Shown piece by piece: positions 38,778 through 54,211 of a stretch of 64,000 bases of DNA. The stretch is from an uncultured Hyphomicrobiales bacterium (lineage in GTDB: Bacteria; Pseudomonadota; Alphaproteobacteria; Reyranellales; JAQSWP01). The stretch spans positions 133,362-197,361 of the forward strand of contig CAYLYK010000002.1 of NCBI GenBank assembly GCA_964388115.1, read 5' to 3'. The position numbers were made by a program, and so were the translations under genes. The notes beneath the pieces are model-generated. The model worked only from the letters and a program-made list of their open reading frames with translations, was not told the origin of the DNA and ran no database searches. The first letter of the stretch is position 1; each line of letters begins with the position of its first letter.

Positions 38778-39029
38778 AATTTCATTAGAAATCAGTCTCT
38801 TATAATTGTACCGTTTTGGTACTAAAATAGGGGGCTGTTTAGTTGATTTGACTTTGCAATATCAAATTCCGCTAGCCTTCTGAAAAAATATGTCAGATAG
38901 TATGACTAAATTTGCGTCGTTTCGCGGCGCGAATCGTGTGCGGAATTCAATGATCCTGGATCGTTGCCAATTGTAATTTAATTTCCCAGCGTCCCCTATC
39001 GGCCGCCGCGGGAAAGCACGGGGCTGGTC

Positions 39030-40469
39030 ATGGCGGAAAAAATGCTGAAGTTCGTCTCGGTTGGGCAGGACATGCCCGACAAGCGCCAGTCGGACCAGCG
39101 TGTTCAGGATTTCGACGAGATCTATGCCCGCTTCAGCCAGGAAAAGGCCTCGGAGCAAGCCTCGCGTTGTTCCCAATGCGGCATCCCGTTCTGTCAGATC
39201 CATTGCCCGCTGCACAACAACATCCCGGACTGGCTGAAGCTGACGGCGGAAGGCCGGCTGGAAGAGGCCTATGAGCTTTCGTCCGCCACCAACAACATGC
39301 CCGAGATCTGTGGCCGCATCTGCCCGCAGGATCGGCTGTGCGAAGGCAACTGCGTCATCGAGAAGGGTTTCGAGTCGGTCACCATCGGCTCGGTCGAAAA
39401 ATACATCACCGACACGGCCTGGGATCGCGGCTGGGTCAAGCCGCCGACGCCGCGGCGCGAGCTTGGCAAGTCGGTCGGCATCGTCGGCGCCGGCCCCGCT
39501 GGCATGGCAGCGGCCGAACAGCTGCGTCGCAAGGGCTACGAGGTTCATGTCTACGATCGCTACGACAGGGTCGGCGGCCTGCTGATCTACGGAATTCCGA
39601 GCTTCAAGCTGGAGAAGGACATCGTCGAACGGCGCGCGCAATTGCTGCGCGATGGCGGCGTGAAGTTCCACCTCAACGTAACCATCGGCAAGGATCTGAG
39701 CGTCGAGGAACTGCGCGCTCGTCACGATGCGGTTCTGATCGCGACCGGCGTCTACAAGGCGCGCGACGTGCAGGCGCCGGGCGTTGGGCTGAACAATGTC
39801 GTGGCCGCGCTCGACTATCTCACCGCGTCCAACCGCAAGGGCTTGGGCGATTCGGTGCCGGAATTCGAGTCCGGTGCGCTCAATGCCGAAGGCAAGAACG
39901 TTGTCGTCATCGGCGGTGGCGATACGGCGATGGATTGCGTGCGCACCGCCGTTCGCCAGGGCGCCAAGTCGGTGAAATGCCTCTATCGCCGCGACCGCGC
40001 CAACATGCCGGGCTCGCAGCGCGAGGTGAAGCACGCCGAGGAAGAAGGCGTCGAGTTCGTCTGGCTCGCAGCCCCGCGCGCTTTCACGGGCGAGCGCGAC
40101 GTTGCGGGTGTGCGCGCGGTGCGCATGCATCTGGGCGTGGCCGATGCCACCGGCCGGCGCGCGCCGCAGGAACTGGATGGTTCGGACTTCACCCTGCCCG
40201 CCGATCTGGCGATCAAGGCGCTGGGCTTCGATCCCGAGGACATGACGCAGCTGATGGGCCGCAGCGACGTGACCCTGACCAACTGGGGCACGCTGAAGAT
40301 CGACTTCCGCACCATGATGACCAATCTCGACGGCGTCTTCGCCGCCGGCGACATCGTACGCGGCGCTTCGCTGGTGGTGTGGGCCGTGCGCGACGGGCGG
40401 GACGCTGCCGAGCGCATCCACCGTTACATTCAGGCCAAGGCGCAACCCGCTTTGGCCAAGGCTTCGTAG
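39030..40469 (+). CDS. gltD: Glutamate synthase small subunit
   Basis: RCSQCGIPFC..C Fe-S, GAGPAG, GGGDTAMDC, GDIVRGASLVVWA. Confidence 0.97.
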   Translation: MAEKMLKFVSVGQDMPDKRQSDQRVQDFDEIYARFSQEKASEQASRCSQCGIPFCQIHCPLHNNIPDWLKLTAEGRLEEAYELSSATNNMPEICGRICPQDRLCEGNCVIEKGFESVTIGSVEKYITDTAWDRGWVKPPTPRRELGKSVGIVGAGPAGMAAAEQLRRKGYEVHVYDRYDRVGGLLIYGIPSFKLEKDIVERRAQLLRDGGVKFHLNVTIGKDLSVEELRARHDAVLIATGVYKARDVQAPGVGLNNVVAALDYLTASNRKGLGDSVPEFESGALNAEGKNVVVIGGGDTAMDCVRTAVRQGAKSVKCLYRRDRANMPGSQREVKHAEEEGVEFVWLAAPRAFTGERDVAGVRAVRMHLGVADATGRRAPQELDGSDFTLPADLAIKALGFDPEDMTQLMGRSDVTLTNWGTLKIDFRTMMTNLDGVFAAGDIVRGASLVVWAVRDGRDAAERIHRYIQAKAQPALAKAS

Positions 40470-40482
40470 AGGGAGACGACCC

Positions 40483-45027
<4,545 letters not shown>

Positions 45028-45056
45028 GGCAAATCGGCTATAACATAGACAAGCAA

Positions 45057-45082
45057 GCGGCCGAGACGTCAGTCTCGGCCGC
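45057..45082. terminator. GC-rich hairpin after gltB (no clear U tract)
   Basis: gcggccgagac-gtca-gtctcggccgc, 11-bp perfect stem. Confidence 0.5.
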
Positions 45083-45102
45083 AACTCTGTTGGGAGGATG
45101 CG

Positions 45103-45903
45103 ATGGAACGGCTCAAGCTGACGCGCGAGAAATCCGTGGCGATCGTGCGCTTCAACAATCCGCCGCATGGCTACATGGACGCGCCGATGGTGGATGCTCT
45201 GGAAATTCTCACCACCGAGCTGGTCGGCGATGACGCCGTGCGCGCCATCGTGTTCACCGGTGCGCTGGAGGGGGTGTTCATCCAGCATTACGACGTCAGC
45301 GAACTGAACGGCCTGTCGAAAGGCTTGCGCAAGCGTGGCCTGAGTTTTTCGGAGAAGCGCCCGGCGCCGGAACGTACCCTCGATCACATCTTCGCCCGCC
45401 TGGGCAATGCGCCCAAGCCGGTGATTGCAGCCATCAATGGCAATGCGATGGGCGGCGGATTCGAGTTCTGCCTTGCCTGCGATCTGCGCATTGCGCAGAA
45501 GGGCCCCTATTCCATCGGCCTGCCGGAAATCAATATCGGCATCCTGCCCGGGGCCGGCGGCACGCAACGCCTGGCGCGATTGATCGGGCCGGCGCGGGCG
45601 CTGGAACTGGTGCTGCGCGGGCGCACGGTCGATCCGGACGAAGCGGCGCGGCTTGGCATGGTGCATGAAGCCGTCGACAGCCCGGTGCTCGAGCGAGCGC
45701 TCACCATCGCGCACGAGCTGGCGCGAAAGTCACCGCTGGCCGTGAAGCATATCAAGCGACTGATCCGCAACGCCGGTCAGCAATCGCTGGAAAATGACCT
45801 CACCCTGGAACGCACGCTCTTCCTCGATCTGCTGGTGAGCGATCAGGCGGATAAGCTGCTGCAGGAGTTCGTCGACGGCACGCGTGACATAAAAACGCGC
45901 TAG
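45103..45903 (+). CDS. Enoyl-CoA hydratase/isomerase family
   Basis: NGNAMGGGFE, GLPEINIGILPGAGGTQRL. Confidence 0.92.
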   Translation: MERLKLTREKSVAIVRFNNPPHGYMDAPMVDALEILTTELVGDDAVRAIVFTGALEGVFIQHYDVSELNGLSKGLRKRGLSFSEKRPAPERTLDHIFARLGNAPKPVIAAINGNAMGGGFEFCLACDLRIAQKGPYSIGLPEINIGILPGAGGTQRLARLIGPARALELVLRGRTVDPDEAARLGMVHEAVDSPVLERALTIAHELARKSPLAVKHIKRLIRNAGQQSLENDLTLERTLFLDLLVSDQADKLLQEFVDGTRDIKTR

Positions 45904-46667
45904 CGCGCTTTCAGGTCACTGCCTTCAATCTGCTTGCGTGCCTGTGCCGCCAGGTCGGAGCCTTCCGGCACCAGGCGCAGCACCTTGATGAAATCCTCGC
46001 GCGCGGCTGCCGGCTGAGCCGCTTTGCGCTGCAGGCCGCGTTCCAGATAGGCCTCTGGATAATCGGGATTGGCCTTGATGGCCTGCTCGATATCGGCTGC
46101 CGCCCGGTCCGGCTGTTTAGCAAGCCGCAGCACCGTGGCGCGCAGGGTCAGCGCTTCGTGCTTGCGCGGCGCCAATTGCAAAGCGCGGTTGAGATCGCGC
46201 AGTGCATCGGCCAGACGGTCGATGCCAGCATAGGTTACCGCCCGATCGATCAGGAAATCGACCGAGTCCGGCACCAGCGCAATAGCGTTGCCCTGCGAGA
46301 TCAGAGCCTTGTCGGGATAGTTCGCCAGCAGCCAAGCCTGACCGGCCTGGGCATAGATCTCGGCGCGCAGCTTGTTGCGTCCGCTGCCCTGCCCGTCCGC
46401 CAGCCGGTCGAGCCGATTGGCCGCCTCGACGTAATCGCCCATGCCGAACAGCGCGATGGCCGCGCAGTGCTGCGCCGCCTGATCGCCGCCGCGATCGTAC
46501 CAGGCATTGGCGCTGGCATAGGCCTCGCGCGGTCTGGTCTTGGCGAGGTTCATGCAGGCGGTGTACTGCTGGGAATGGTCGAGCGGCACGGCCGACTTGC
46601 GCTGCTGCGCCTCAGCGGTCAGGGGCAGGGCGAGCGTGAGCAAGATCGGGATCAGCAGCAGTTTCAT
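45900..46667 (-). CDS. Secreted TPR-repeat protein
   Basis: Signal peptide MKLLLIP...AEA; repeated A..D...AL.L.P helices. Confidence 0.82.
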   Translation of the reverse strand: MKLLLIPILLTLALPLTAEAQQRKSAVPLDHSQQYTACMNLAKTRPREAYASANAWYDRGGDQAAQHCAAIALFGMGDYVEAANRLDRLADGQGSGRNKLRAEIYAQAGQAWLLANYPDKALISQGNAIALVPDSVDFLIDRAVTYAGIDRLADALRDLNRALQLAPRKHEALTLRATVLRLAKQPDRAAADIEQAIKANPDYPEAYLERGLQRKAAQPAAAREDFIKVLRLVPEGSDLAAQARKQIEGSDLKAR

Positions 46668-46728
46668 GGGCCAGAGATTTGGCCGAAGCGGCGCGCCGGC
46701 GCAAGCTGGAACGGAAGGCGGAAGCGAA

Positions 46729-47598
46729 ATGCGATCTGAGACCATGCTGATCCTGGGAGCGGGCTATAGCGGCCAAGCCGTTGCGCGCCTGCTTGCCGGC
46801 AAAGCATGGCGGATCAAGGGCACCAGCCGCAGCCCGTCCGGCGCGCAGGCTTTGCGCGAGCGTGGCATCGACGGTATTGCCATGACGCCCGAGACATTCT
46901 CGGCCGCGTCGCTCGACGACATCGACGCGCTGCTGGCGTCGGTGCCGCCGGACGATTTGGGCGATCCCTTTGCGCGCCAGCTCGCGCAGGCCGGCAAGCC
47001 GGCGCGCTTGCGCTGGATCGGCTACCTGTCGACCACCGGCGTTTACGGCGATACCGGCGGCGCCTGGGTCGACGAAACCGCCACGCCCAACCCCAGCAAT
47101 CCGCGCGGCCATCGCCGCCTGAAGGCGGAGCATCAGTGGCTTGAATTCGGCCGTCGCCACGGCATTGCGACGCAGATCTTTCGCCTGCCCGGAATTTACG
47201 GGCCAGGCCGCAGCGCGCTGGATGACGTGCGCGCCGGCCGCGCGCGGCGCATCGACAAGCCCGGCCAGGCATTCTCGCGCATCCATGTCGAAGATATCGC
47301 GCGCACCGTGGTCGCCTCGCTAGACCGACCCAATGCCGGCGCGATCTACAACGTCGCCGACGATCTGCCGGCGCCTTCTGCCGATGTCGTCGCCTATGCC
47401 TGCGAATTGCTGGGCGTGACGCCGCCGCCTTTGATCCCGTTTGCGGAGATCGAGCCGACGCTGTCGCCGATGGGGCGTGAATTCTATGCCGATAATCGGC
47501 GCGTAAAGAACGAGCGCATCAAGCGCGAGCTGGGCGTCGACCTGGCCTTCCCGACCTATCGCGAAGGCTTGCGGGGAATTCTCGCCAGCGAAAGCTAG
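46729..47598 (+). CDS. NAD-dependent epimerase/SDR family (YeeZ-like)
   Basis: ILGAGYSG, YLSTTGVYGD, RLPGIYGPGR, SRIHVEDIA. Confidence 0.9.
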   Translation: MRSETMLILGAGYSGQAVARLLAGKAWRIKGTSRSPSGAQALRERGIDGIAMTPETFSAASLDDIDALLASVPPDDLGDPFARQLAQAGKPARLRWIGYLSTTGVYGDTGGAWVDETATPNPSNPRGHRRLKAEHQWLEFGRRHGIATQIFRLPGIYGPGRSALDDVRAGRARRIDKPGQAFSRIHVEDIARTVVASLDRPNAGAIYNVADDLPAPSADVVAYACELLGVTPPPLIPFAEIEPTLSPMGREFYADNRRVKNERIKRELGVDLAFPTYREGLRGILASES

Positions 47599-48368
47599 GC
47601 GCAGAGGCTTTCGACCGTCGCGATCAATCGCGCAATGTCGGTCTCCGTCGACAACCGATGATCGCCGTCCTTCACCAAGGTCAGCGTGCCCTGTGGCGTT
47701 CGGATGTGGTCAAGCGCCCGCTGCGAGAGCTGCCACGGCACTTCGAGATCGGCGGTGCCGTGGATCAGATGCACCGGGCAATCCACCGCCAGCGGCTTGT
47801 CCAGAACCAGATGTTTGGCGCCTTCGTCGATCAGCCGCATGGTCAGGATATCCGGCTGGTCGCTATAGCGGCTGGGGCGCAGCAAACGTCCGGTGTGGCG
47901 CATCTCCTGCTGCTCGGCAACGGTAAGCTCGGGCCAGATCAGCTCCTGGGTGAAATCGGGGGCGATGGCGATGCCGACCAGCCCGGCCAGGCGGGATCGC
48001 AGCTGGTTGGCCAGGCTCAGCATGATCCAACCGCCCATGCTGGAACCCACCAGCACCAGCCGGGCGTCGGCCGGCAGGGTGGCTATTGCGGCCAGCGCGT
48101 CCTCGCGCCAGCGCCCCACCGTGGCCTCGGCGAAATCGCCATCCGAAACGCCATGGGCGAAGTAGTCGAAACGCAAAAACGACTGGCCGCGCTTTCGCGC
48201 CCAATCGTCCAACGCCAGCGCTTTGGTGCCGGTCATGTCGGAGCGGAAACCGCCCAAAAAAACGACAGCCGGCAACCGGCCCGCAACCGTCACATAGGCC
48301 AAACGCTTGCCGTCGGGCCGTTGTAGAATGGAAGGACCTTGTGCCGATTCGGGCGTTTGGGTAGTCAA
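47595..48368 (-). CDS. Alpha/beta hydrolase
   Basis: GGFRSDM.GTKA, GSSMGG nucleophile elbow, KDGDHRLS. Confidence 0.92.
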   Translation of the reverse strand: MTTQTPESAQGPSILQRPDGKRLAYVTVAGRLPAVVFLGGFRSDMTGTKALALDDWARKRGQSFLRFDYFAHGVSDGDFAEATVGRWREDALAAIATLPADARLVLVGSSMGGWIMLSLANQLRSRLAGLVGIAIAPDFTQELIWPELTVAEQQEMRHTGRLLRPSRYSDQPDILTMRLIDEGAKHLVLDKPLAVDCPVHLIHGTADLEVPWQLSQRALDHIRTPQGTLTLVKDGDHRLSTETDIARLIATVESLCA

Positions 48369-48398
48369 TGCCGCCTGTCTAATTGCAGATTGAAGAGA

Positions 48399-49604
48399 AT
48401 GGTCGATATCGCCGCCGACAAGCCTAGCACGGAGAGTACCGGCGGATCACCGCGAGTTCCCGTCATTTTCCAGGTCGTGGGCAGGCTCGATGGCGGCGCT
48501 GCCGCCCGGCTGGCGATCGACAACGCTATCGCGGTGGTCAAGGCCGGTGGCCGGGCCGCGGTCGCGTCCAGCGGTGGGCCGCTGGTGCATGAGCTCGAGC
48601 GCGGCGGCGTGCGTCACCATGTGCTGCCGCTCGACAACGAAGGCGATTTCCTGAAGCTCTCGACCCGCCGCCGTCTGCGGCGGCTGTTGGCGCAAGAAAA
48701 CGCCAACCTCGTTCACGTCTATGGCTGGGAAGCGGCCAAGGCGTTGCGGCCGCTGGCGCGGTCGAAGGCGATCTGCCTGATCGCCACCTATCTCGAACCG
48801 CTGCGGCCCCTGGGATTCTTCGCACGGCGACGTCTGAAGCCGCTGCTGCGGGCCACCAAGGTCGTCGCGCCGTCGGAAACGGTCGCGGCCTATCTGCGCC
48901 GCGAATTCAAGATCGACGACACGCAAATGCAGATCGTACCGCCCGGCGTTAATACAGCGCGCTTCAGCCCGCTGGCCGTGCGGGCCGAGCGCATCATCCG
49001 GCTGGCGCAGCAATGGCGCATACCGGACGACCGACGGATCATCCTGGTGCCGGCGCCGCTCGAGCAGGAGCGCGGCGCCGACATCGTCATCGAAGCCGTG
49101 CGGCTTCTGGGCCGGCACGACGTGTTCTGCCTGCTGCTCGGCGCGCGACCCGAGACCAAGGCCCGGCGCGAAGAGCTGGAGCGGATGATCGAAAAAAAGG
49201 GCGCCGGCGGGCTGGTCTTCATTGCCGAGCATTGCGGCGACATGGCCGCTGCCTACATGCTGGCGGACGCCGTCGTGGTGGCCGATCGCACGCCAAGGCC
49301 CTATAGCCGGGTCGTCACCGAGGCGCAGGCCATGGGAAGGCCGGTAATCGCCACCGACATCGGGGGCATCGCAGAGCCCTTGCGTTCGGTCGAATCCGGC
49401 AGGATATTCCCGGTCGCGGATGCCGTTGGCCTGTCAGCGGTACTTAAGGAGATTCTGGCGCTGGACACCGCCGACCGTGCGCGGCTGGCCAGCTTGGCGA
49501 TCGAGCAAATGCGTAACGTCTACGCCTTGGACATCACTTCCGAACAGATCCTGGCACTGTACGATTCAGTGCTGGAGACGGTCTGGGCCGACGCTCGAAC
49601 GTGA
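48399..49604 (+). CDS. Glycosyltransferase family 4
   Basis: SSGGPLV, PPGVN, EAQAMGRPVIATDIGG. Confidence 0.88.
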   Translation: MVDIAADKPSTESTGGSPRVPVIFQVVGRLDGGAAARLAIDNAIAVVKAGGRAAVASSGGPLVHELERGGVRHHVLPLDNEGDFLKLSTRRRLRRLLAQENANLVHVYGWEAAKALRPLARSKAICLIATYLEPLRPLGFFARRRLKPLLRATKVVAPSETVAAYLRREFKIDDTQMQIVPPGVNTARFSPLAVRAERIIRLAQQWRIPDDRRIILVPAPLEQERGADIVIEAVRLLGRHDVFCLLLGARPETKARREELERMIEKKGAGGLVFIAEHCGDMAAAYMLADAVVVADRTPRPYSRVVTEAQAMGRPVIATDIGGIAEPLRSVESGRIFPVADAVGLSAVLKEILALDTADRARLASLAIEQMRNVYALDITSEQILALYDSVLETVWADART

Positions 49605-49610
49605 CCCTGC

Positions 49611-49639
49611 TTGACAGGCCCGATACCGGGGCCTAAGTC
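49611..49639 (+). promoter_or_regulatory. Putative sigma70 promoter of thrS
   Basis: TTGACA-N17-TAAGTC. Confidence 0.65.
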
Positions 49640-49709
49640 GCTACGCCCGGCCTGATGCCGCGCGGGCGCGTAATTCTTCGTCAAGCTACTGTTTCTTAAG
49701 AGTTTTCCT

Positions 49710-51626
49710 ATGGTTTCCATCACTCTGCCGGACGGCAATGTGCGCCGTTTCGAGCAACCTGTATCGGGCAAGGAACTGGCGGCCAGCATTGGCCCGGGCC
49801 TTGCCAAGGCTGCGCTTGCCATCCGCATCGATGGCGAGATGAAGGACCTCGCGACCAAAATCGACAAGGACGCCAACGTCTCCATCGTCACCGCCAAGGA
49901 TGCCGACGCGCTGGAATTGCTGCGCCATGACGCCGCCCATGTGATGGCACAGGCGGTGCAGGAGCTTTACCCCGGCACCCAGATCACTTTCGGCCCGGCT
50001 ATCGAGAACGGGTTCTACTACGACTTCGTGCGCGAGGAGCCGTTCACCCCGGAAGATTTCGAGCGCATCGAGCAGCGCATGCGCGAGATCGTCGATCGCG
50101 ACCTGCCCATCAAGCGGGAGGTGTGGTCGCGCGAGGACGCCATTCGCCATTTCCAGGACAAGGGCGAGAAGTACAAGGCCGAGCACGTCGAAACCCTGGG
50201 GCGCGACGTCGATATCTCGATCTATCGCCAGGGCGACGACTGGCTCGACCTGTGCACCGGCCCGCATCTGGAATCGACCGCCAGGCTCGGCAAGGCCTTC
50301 AAGGTGATGAAAGTATCGGGCGCCTATTGGCGCGGCGATGCGCGCAACCAGATGCTGCAGCGGCTCTATGGCACTGCCTGGTTCGACCAGAAGCAATTGC
50401 AGGCCTATCTCACCCAGCTTGAGGAAGCGGAGAAGCGGGACCATCGAAGGCTCGGCCGCGAGATGAACCTCTTCCATCTGCAGGAAGAAGGCCCGGGCAT
50501 GGTGTTCTGGCATCCCAAGGGCTGGGCGCTCTATCTGGCCCTGGAACGCTACATGCGCCGGCGTCTGGAAGACGGCGGCTATGTCGAGGTCAAGACTCCG
50601 CAACTGATGGATCGTTCGCTGTGGGAAGCGTCGGGCCATTGGGAGAAATTCCGCGAGCATATGTTCATCAGCGAGACCGAGGACGATCGCGTCTTCGCGC
50701 TGAAACCGATGAACTGCCCGTGCCATATCCAGATCTTCCGCCAGGGACTGAAATCCTATCGCGACCTGCCACTGCGCATGGCCGAGTTCGGCTCCTGCCA
50801 CCGCTACGAGCCGTCGGGGGCCTTGCACGGCATCATGCGCGTGCGCGGCTTCACCCAGGACGATGCGCATATCTTCTGCACCGAAGATCAGATCGAGAGC
50901 GAGACCATCCGCTTCTGCGCCCTGCTGCGCACCATCTACAAGGATCTGGGCTTTCCCGAGTTCTCGGTGAAATTCTCCGACCGGCCGCCGGTGCGCGCCG
51001 GCAGCGACGAGGTCTGGGACAAGGCGGAAGACGCGCTCAAACGCGCCTGCGTGGCTGCGGGGATCGAGTACACCTTGAATCCGGGGGAAGGTGCGTTCTA
51101 CGGGCCGAAGCTGGAATTCGTGCTGCGCGACGCCATCGGCCGCGACTGGCAGTGCGGTACCTTGCAGGTGGATTTCGTGCTGCCCGAGCGGCTCGATGCC
51201 AATTACATCGGCGAGGATGGCGCCCGCCATCGTCCGGTGATGCTGCATCGCGCGATTCTGGGCACTTTCGAGCGCTTCATCGGCATCCTGATCGAGAACT
51301 TCGCCGGCAAATTCCCGCTCTGGCTGAGCCCGGTGCAGGCGGTGGTGACCACCATCACCTCCGATGGCGACGCCTATGCCGAGGAAGTAGGCGCAGCCCT
51401 GAAAGAGGCCGGGCTGCGCTGCGAGGTCGATCTGCGCAACGAGAAGATCAACTACAAGGTCCGGGAGCACTCGCTGGCCAAGGTGCCGGTCATCATCGCC
51501 GTCGGCAAACGCGAGGCGGCGGAGAAAACCGTATCCATTCGCCGCCTTGGCTCGGACAAGCAAGAATCGCTTGCGCTGGCAGAGGCAGTTCATAGACTCC
51601 GCGAGGAAGCCCGTTCCCCGGCCTGA
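49710..51626 (+). CDS. thrS: Threonine--tRNA ligase
   Basis: TGS domain, [28 protein letters not shown]. Confidence 0.98.
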   Translation: MVSITLPDGNVRRFEQPVSGKELAASIGPGLAKAALAIRIDGEMKDLATKIDKDANVSIVTAKDADALELLRHDAAHVMAQAVQELYPGTQITFGPAIENGFYYDFVREEPFTPEDFERIEQRMREIVDRDLPIKREVWSREDAIRHFQDKGEKYKAEHVETLGRDVDISIYRQGDDWLDLCTGPHLESTARLGKAFKVMKVSGAYWRGDARNQMLQRLYGTAWFDQKQLQAYLTQLEEAEKRDHRRLGREMNLFHLQEEGPGMVFWHPKGWALYLALERYMRRRLEDGGYVEVKTPQLMDRSLWEASGHWEKFREHMFISETEDDRVFALKPMNCPCHIQIFRQGLKSYRDLPLRMAEFGSCHRYEPSGALHGIMRVRGFTQDDAHIFCTEDQIESETIRFCALLRTIYKDLGFPEFSVKFSDRPPVRAGSDEVWDKAEDALKRACVAAGIEYTLNPGEGAFYGPKLEFVLRDAIGRDWQCGTLQVDFVLPERLDANYIGEDGARHRPVMLHRAILGTFERFIGILIENFAGKFPLWLSPVQAVVTTITSDGDAYAEEVGAALKEAGLRCEVDLRNEKINYKVREHSLAKVPVIIAVGKREAAEKTVSIRRLGSDKQESLALAEAVHRLREEARSPA

Positions 51627-51706
51627 TGCCGGGGAACGGACTTCAGCGCGTCGCATTATCCGCCTGAGCCGCTGCGGCGGCCAGGTAACCAACGAGGGAG
51701 AGCTAC

Positions 51707-52243
51707 ATAGTTAGACCAATGCAACAGGCCGCGCCGTCCCGCGACGGGCCGCGCGTCAACAATGAGATCCAGGCGCTTAAGATTCGCCTGATCGACGAAA
51801 AGGGCGAGATGGTTGGGGTTGTGGGCCTGCGCGAAGGCCTGATGATGGCGGACGAAGCCGGCCTCGATCTGGTCGAAGTGTCGCCCAATGCCGAGCCGCC
51901 GGTCTGCAAGATCACCGATTACGGCAAGTACAAGTACGAGGCGCAGAAGAAGGCCAACGAAGCCCGCAAGAAGCAAAAGATCATTGAAGTCAAAGAGATA
52001 AAGATGCGGCCCGGCATCGACGATCACGACTACGAGGTCAAGATGCGGGCGATGAAGAAATTTCTCGATACCGGGGACAAGGTGAAAGTCACTTTGCGTT
52101 TCCGTGGCCGCGAGATGGTGCATCAGGATTTGGGCATGAACGTGCTCAAGCGCGTGCGCGAGGAGCTCGATCCGGTTTCCAAGGTCGAACAGCTGCCCAA
52201 GATGGAAGGGCGGCAAATGACCATGGTCCTGTCGCCGAAATGA
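51707..52243 (+). CDS. infC: Translation initiation factor IF-3 (probable ATA start at 51707; first ATG 51719)
   Basis: [26 protein letters not shown]; GAGGGAG RBS sits 5-6 nt before in-frame ATA. Confidence 0.96.
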   Translation: MVRPMQQAAPSRDGPRVNNEIQALKIRLIDEKGEMVGVVGLREGLMMADEAGLDLVEVSPNAEPPVCKITDYGKYKYEAQKKANEARKKQKIIEVKEIKMRPGIDDHDYEVKMRAMKKFLDTGDKVKVTLRFRGREMVHQDLGMNVLKRVREELDPVSKVEQLPKMEGRQMTMVLSPK

Positions 52244-52314
52244 TTCGCGCCGGCGGTCCGGTTTTCGGGCCGCCTTGGAATCTAACTATCTGAAACTGAA
52301 CGGTTTTCGGGCGC

Positions 52315-52343
52315 TTGCAATTGCCGCGGGCGCCCGATATAAC
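52315..52343 (+). promoter_or_regulatory. Putative sigma70 promoter of rpmI-rplT
   Basis: TTGCAA-N17-TATAAC. Confidence 0.65.
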
Positions 52344-52450
52344 CACGCGCTTACCAAGGGCGGCATGGCGAGGGCATTTGCCTGGCCGCTCAAGTTTCCA
52401 AGGCTCCCCCGGGCTGCCGGGCGTTTGGGCCACACCAGAAAGGAAGAAAA

Positions 52451-52651
52451 ATGCCCAAGTTGAAGACCAAGAGCGGCGCCAAGAAGCGCTTCTCGCTCAC
52501 TGCCACGGGCAAAGTCAAATTTGGCGTGGCCGGCAAGCGTCACGGCATGAGCAAGCGGCCCAACCGCATGCTTCGCCAGGCCCGGCGCACCACGGTCGCT
52601 TCCGCTCCGGACGCGATCATCATCAAGAAAAATTTCCTACCTAACGGTTGA
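52451..52651 (+). CDS. rpmI: 50S ribosomal protein L35
   Basis: [14 protein letters not shown]. Confidence 0.97.
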   Translation: MPKLKTKSGAKKRFSLTATGKVKFGVAGKRHGMSKRPNRMLRQARRTTVASAPDAIIIKKNFLPNG

Positions 52652-52662
52652 CGGAGTAGACC

Positions 52663-53019
52663 ATGGCGCGCGTCAAAAGAGGCGTGACGGGACATGCTCG
52701 TCACAAGAAGGTTCTGGAACTGGCCAAGGGCTATCGCGGCCGGGCCAAGGACGCTTTCCGCGTTGGCATCGAGAAGGTCGAAAAGGGCCTGCAATATGCC
52801 TATCGCGACCGGCGCAACAAGAAGCGCAGCTTCCGCGGCCTGTGGATCCAGCGCATCAACGCCGGCGTCCGCGAGCACGGCCTGACCTACTCGCAGTTCA
52901 TGAACGGCATGAAGAAGGCCGGCGTCGAGATGGACCGCAAGGTCCTGGCCGACATCGCCATGCACGAGCCGGACTCGTTTAAGCTGCTGGTGCAACAGGC
53001 CCAGGCAGCCCTCAAGTAA
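52663..53019 (+). CDS. rplT: 50S ribosomal protein L20
   Basis: [24 protein letters not shown]. Confidence 0.98.
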   Translation: MARVKRGVTGHARHKKVLELAKGYRGRAKDAFRVGIEKVEKGLQYAYRDRRNKKRSFRGLWIQRINAGVREHGLTYSQFMNGMKKAGVEMDRKVLADIAMHEPDSFKLLVQQAQAALK

Positions 53020-53060
53020 TTCTCCCGCGCTCGGGAAACCGGGGCGGACAGAAGAAATCG

Positions 53061-53095
53061 AAAAGGGGCCGCCGGCAGACGGCCCCTTTTTATTT
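53061..53095 (+). terminator. Intrinsic terminator of rplT
   Basis: aaaaggggccg...cggcccctttt plus T tail. Confidence 0.88.
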
Positions 53096-53134
53096 GCGAC
53101 ACGGGAATGAGACGGGAATTGGGGCAGAGCTCTG

Positions 53135-54211
53135 ATGGACCAGGTTGAACAGACGCGAAACGAAGCGCTCAAGGCGCTGGAAGCGGCTTCCTCGCTCGAG
53201 GCGCTGGAGAACGTGCGCGTGGCCACGCTCGGCAAGAAGGGCTCGCTCACCGGCCTGCTGAAGCAGCTCGGCACCCTGCCGGTCGAAGAGCGCAAGGCCT
53301 TCGGCGCCAAGGTCAACGTGGTCAAGGCCGAGCTCGAGCAGGCGATCGAAGCGCGCAAGACCAGCCTGCAGGGCGCGGCGTTGGACAAGCGCCTGACCGA
53401 AGAACGCATCGACGTCACCCTGCCCGCCCGGCCGACGCGCAACGGCACCATCCATCCGATCAGCCAGACCATCGACGAGATCGTGGCGATCTTCGGCGAC
53501 ATGGGCTTCGTCTGGGCCGATGGTCCCGATATCGAGGACGACTGGCACAATTTCACGGCGCTCAACATTCCGCCCGAACATCCCGCGCGCCAGATGCACG
53601 ACACGTTCTATCTGCCGCCGCGCGAAGACGGCACGCCGATGCTGCTGCGCACGCACACGTCGCCGGTGCAGGTGCGCACCATGATGAACCAGAAGCCGCC
53701 GATCCGAATCATCGTGCCCGGCCGCACCTTCCGCATGGATTCCGACATCACCCACACGCCGATGTTCCATCAGGTCGAAGGGCTGGTGATCGACGAAGCC
53801 AGCCACATGGGCCACCTGAAGGGCTGCCTGCAGGAATTCGCCAAGGCCTATTTCGAAGTCTCCGAACTGCCGATCCGCTTCCGCCCGTCCTATTTCCCGT
53901 TCACCGAACCGTCGGCCGAGGTCGATATCGGCTGCTCGTGGAGCAACGGCGAGCTGAAGATCGGCGCGGGCGACTCGTGGCTGGAAATCCTGGGCTGCGG
54001 CATGGTGCACCCGAAGGTGCTGGAATATTGCGGCGTCGATTCCACCAAGTACCAGGGCTTCGCCTTCGGCATGGGGATCGAGCGCATCGCCATGCTGAAA
54101 TACGGCATCCCCGATCTGCGCACCTTCTTCGAATCCGATCTGCGCTGGCTGCGCCATTACGGCTTCGCAGCACTTGACGTTCCCAGCCTGACGGGAGGGT
54201 TGAGCCGATGA
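53135..54211 (+). CDS. pheS: Phenylalanine--tRNA ligase alpha subunit
   Basis: [34 protein letters not shown]. Confidence 0.98.
   Translation: MDQVEQTRNEALKALEAASSLEALENVRVATLGKKGSLTGLLKQLGTLPVEERKAFGAKVNVVKAELEQAIEARKTSLQGAALDKRLTEERIDVTLPARPTRNGTIHPISQTIDEIVAIFGDMGFVWADGPDIEDDWHNFTALNIPPEHPARQMHDTFYLPPREDGTPMLLRTHTSPVQVRTMMNQKPPIRIIVPGRTFRMDSDITHTPMFHQVEGLVIDEASHMGHLKGCLQEFAKAYFEVSELPIRFRPSYFPFTEPSAEVDIGCSWSNGELKIGAGDSWLEILGCGMVHPKVLEYCGVDSTKYQGFAFGMGIERIAMLKYGIPDLRTFFESDLRWLRHYGFAALDVPSLTGGLSR

Noticed and set aside
38780-39029. AT-rich 250-bp spacer before gltD, including GTCA-N7-TGAC at 38892-38906
   Set aside because: AT-rich promoter regions are normal before glt operons; a 4-bp inverted repeat is not significant and no ORF or RNA structure is evident.
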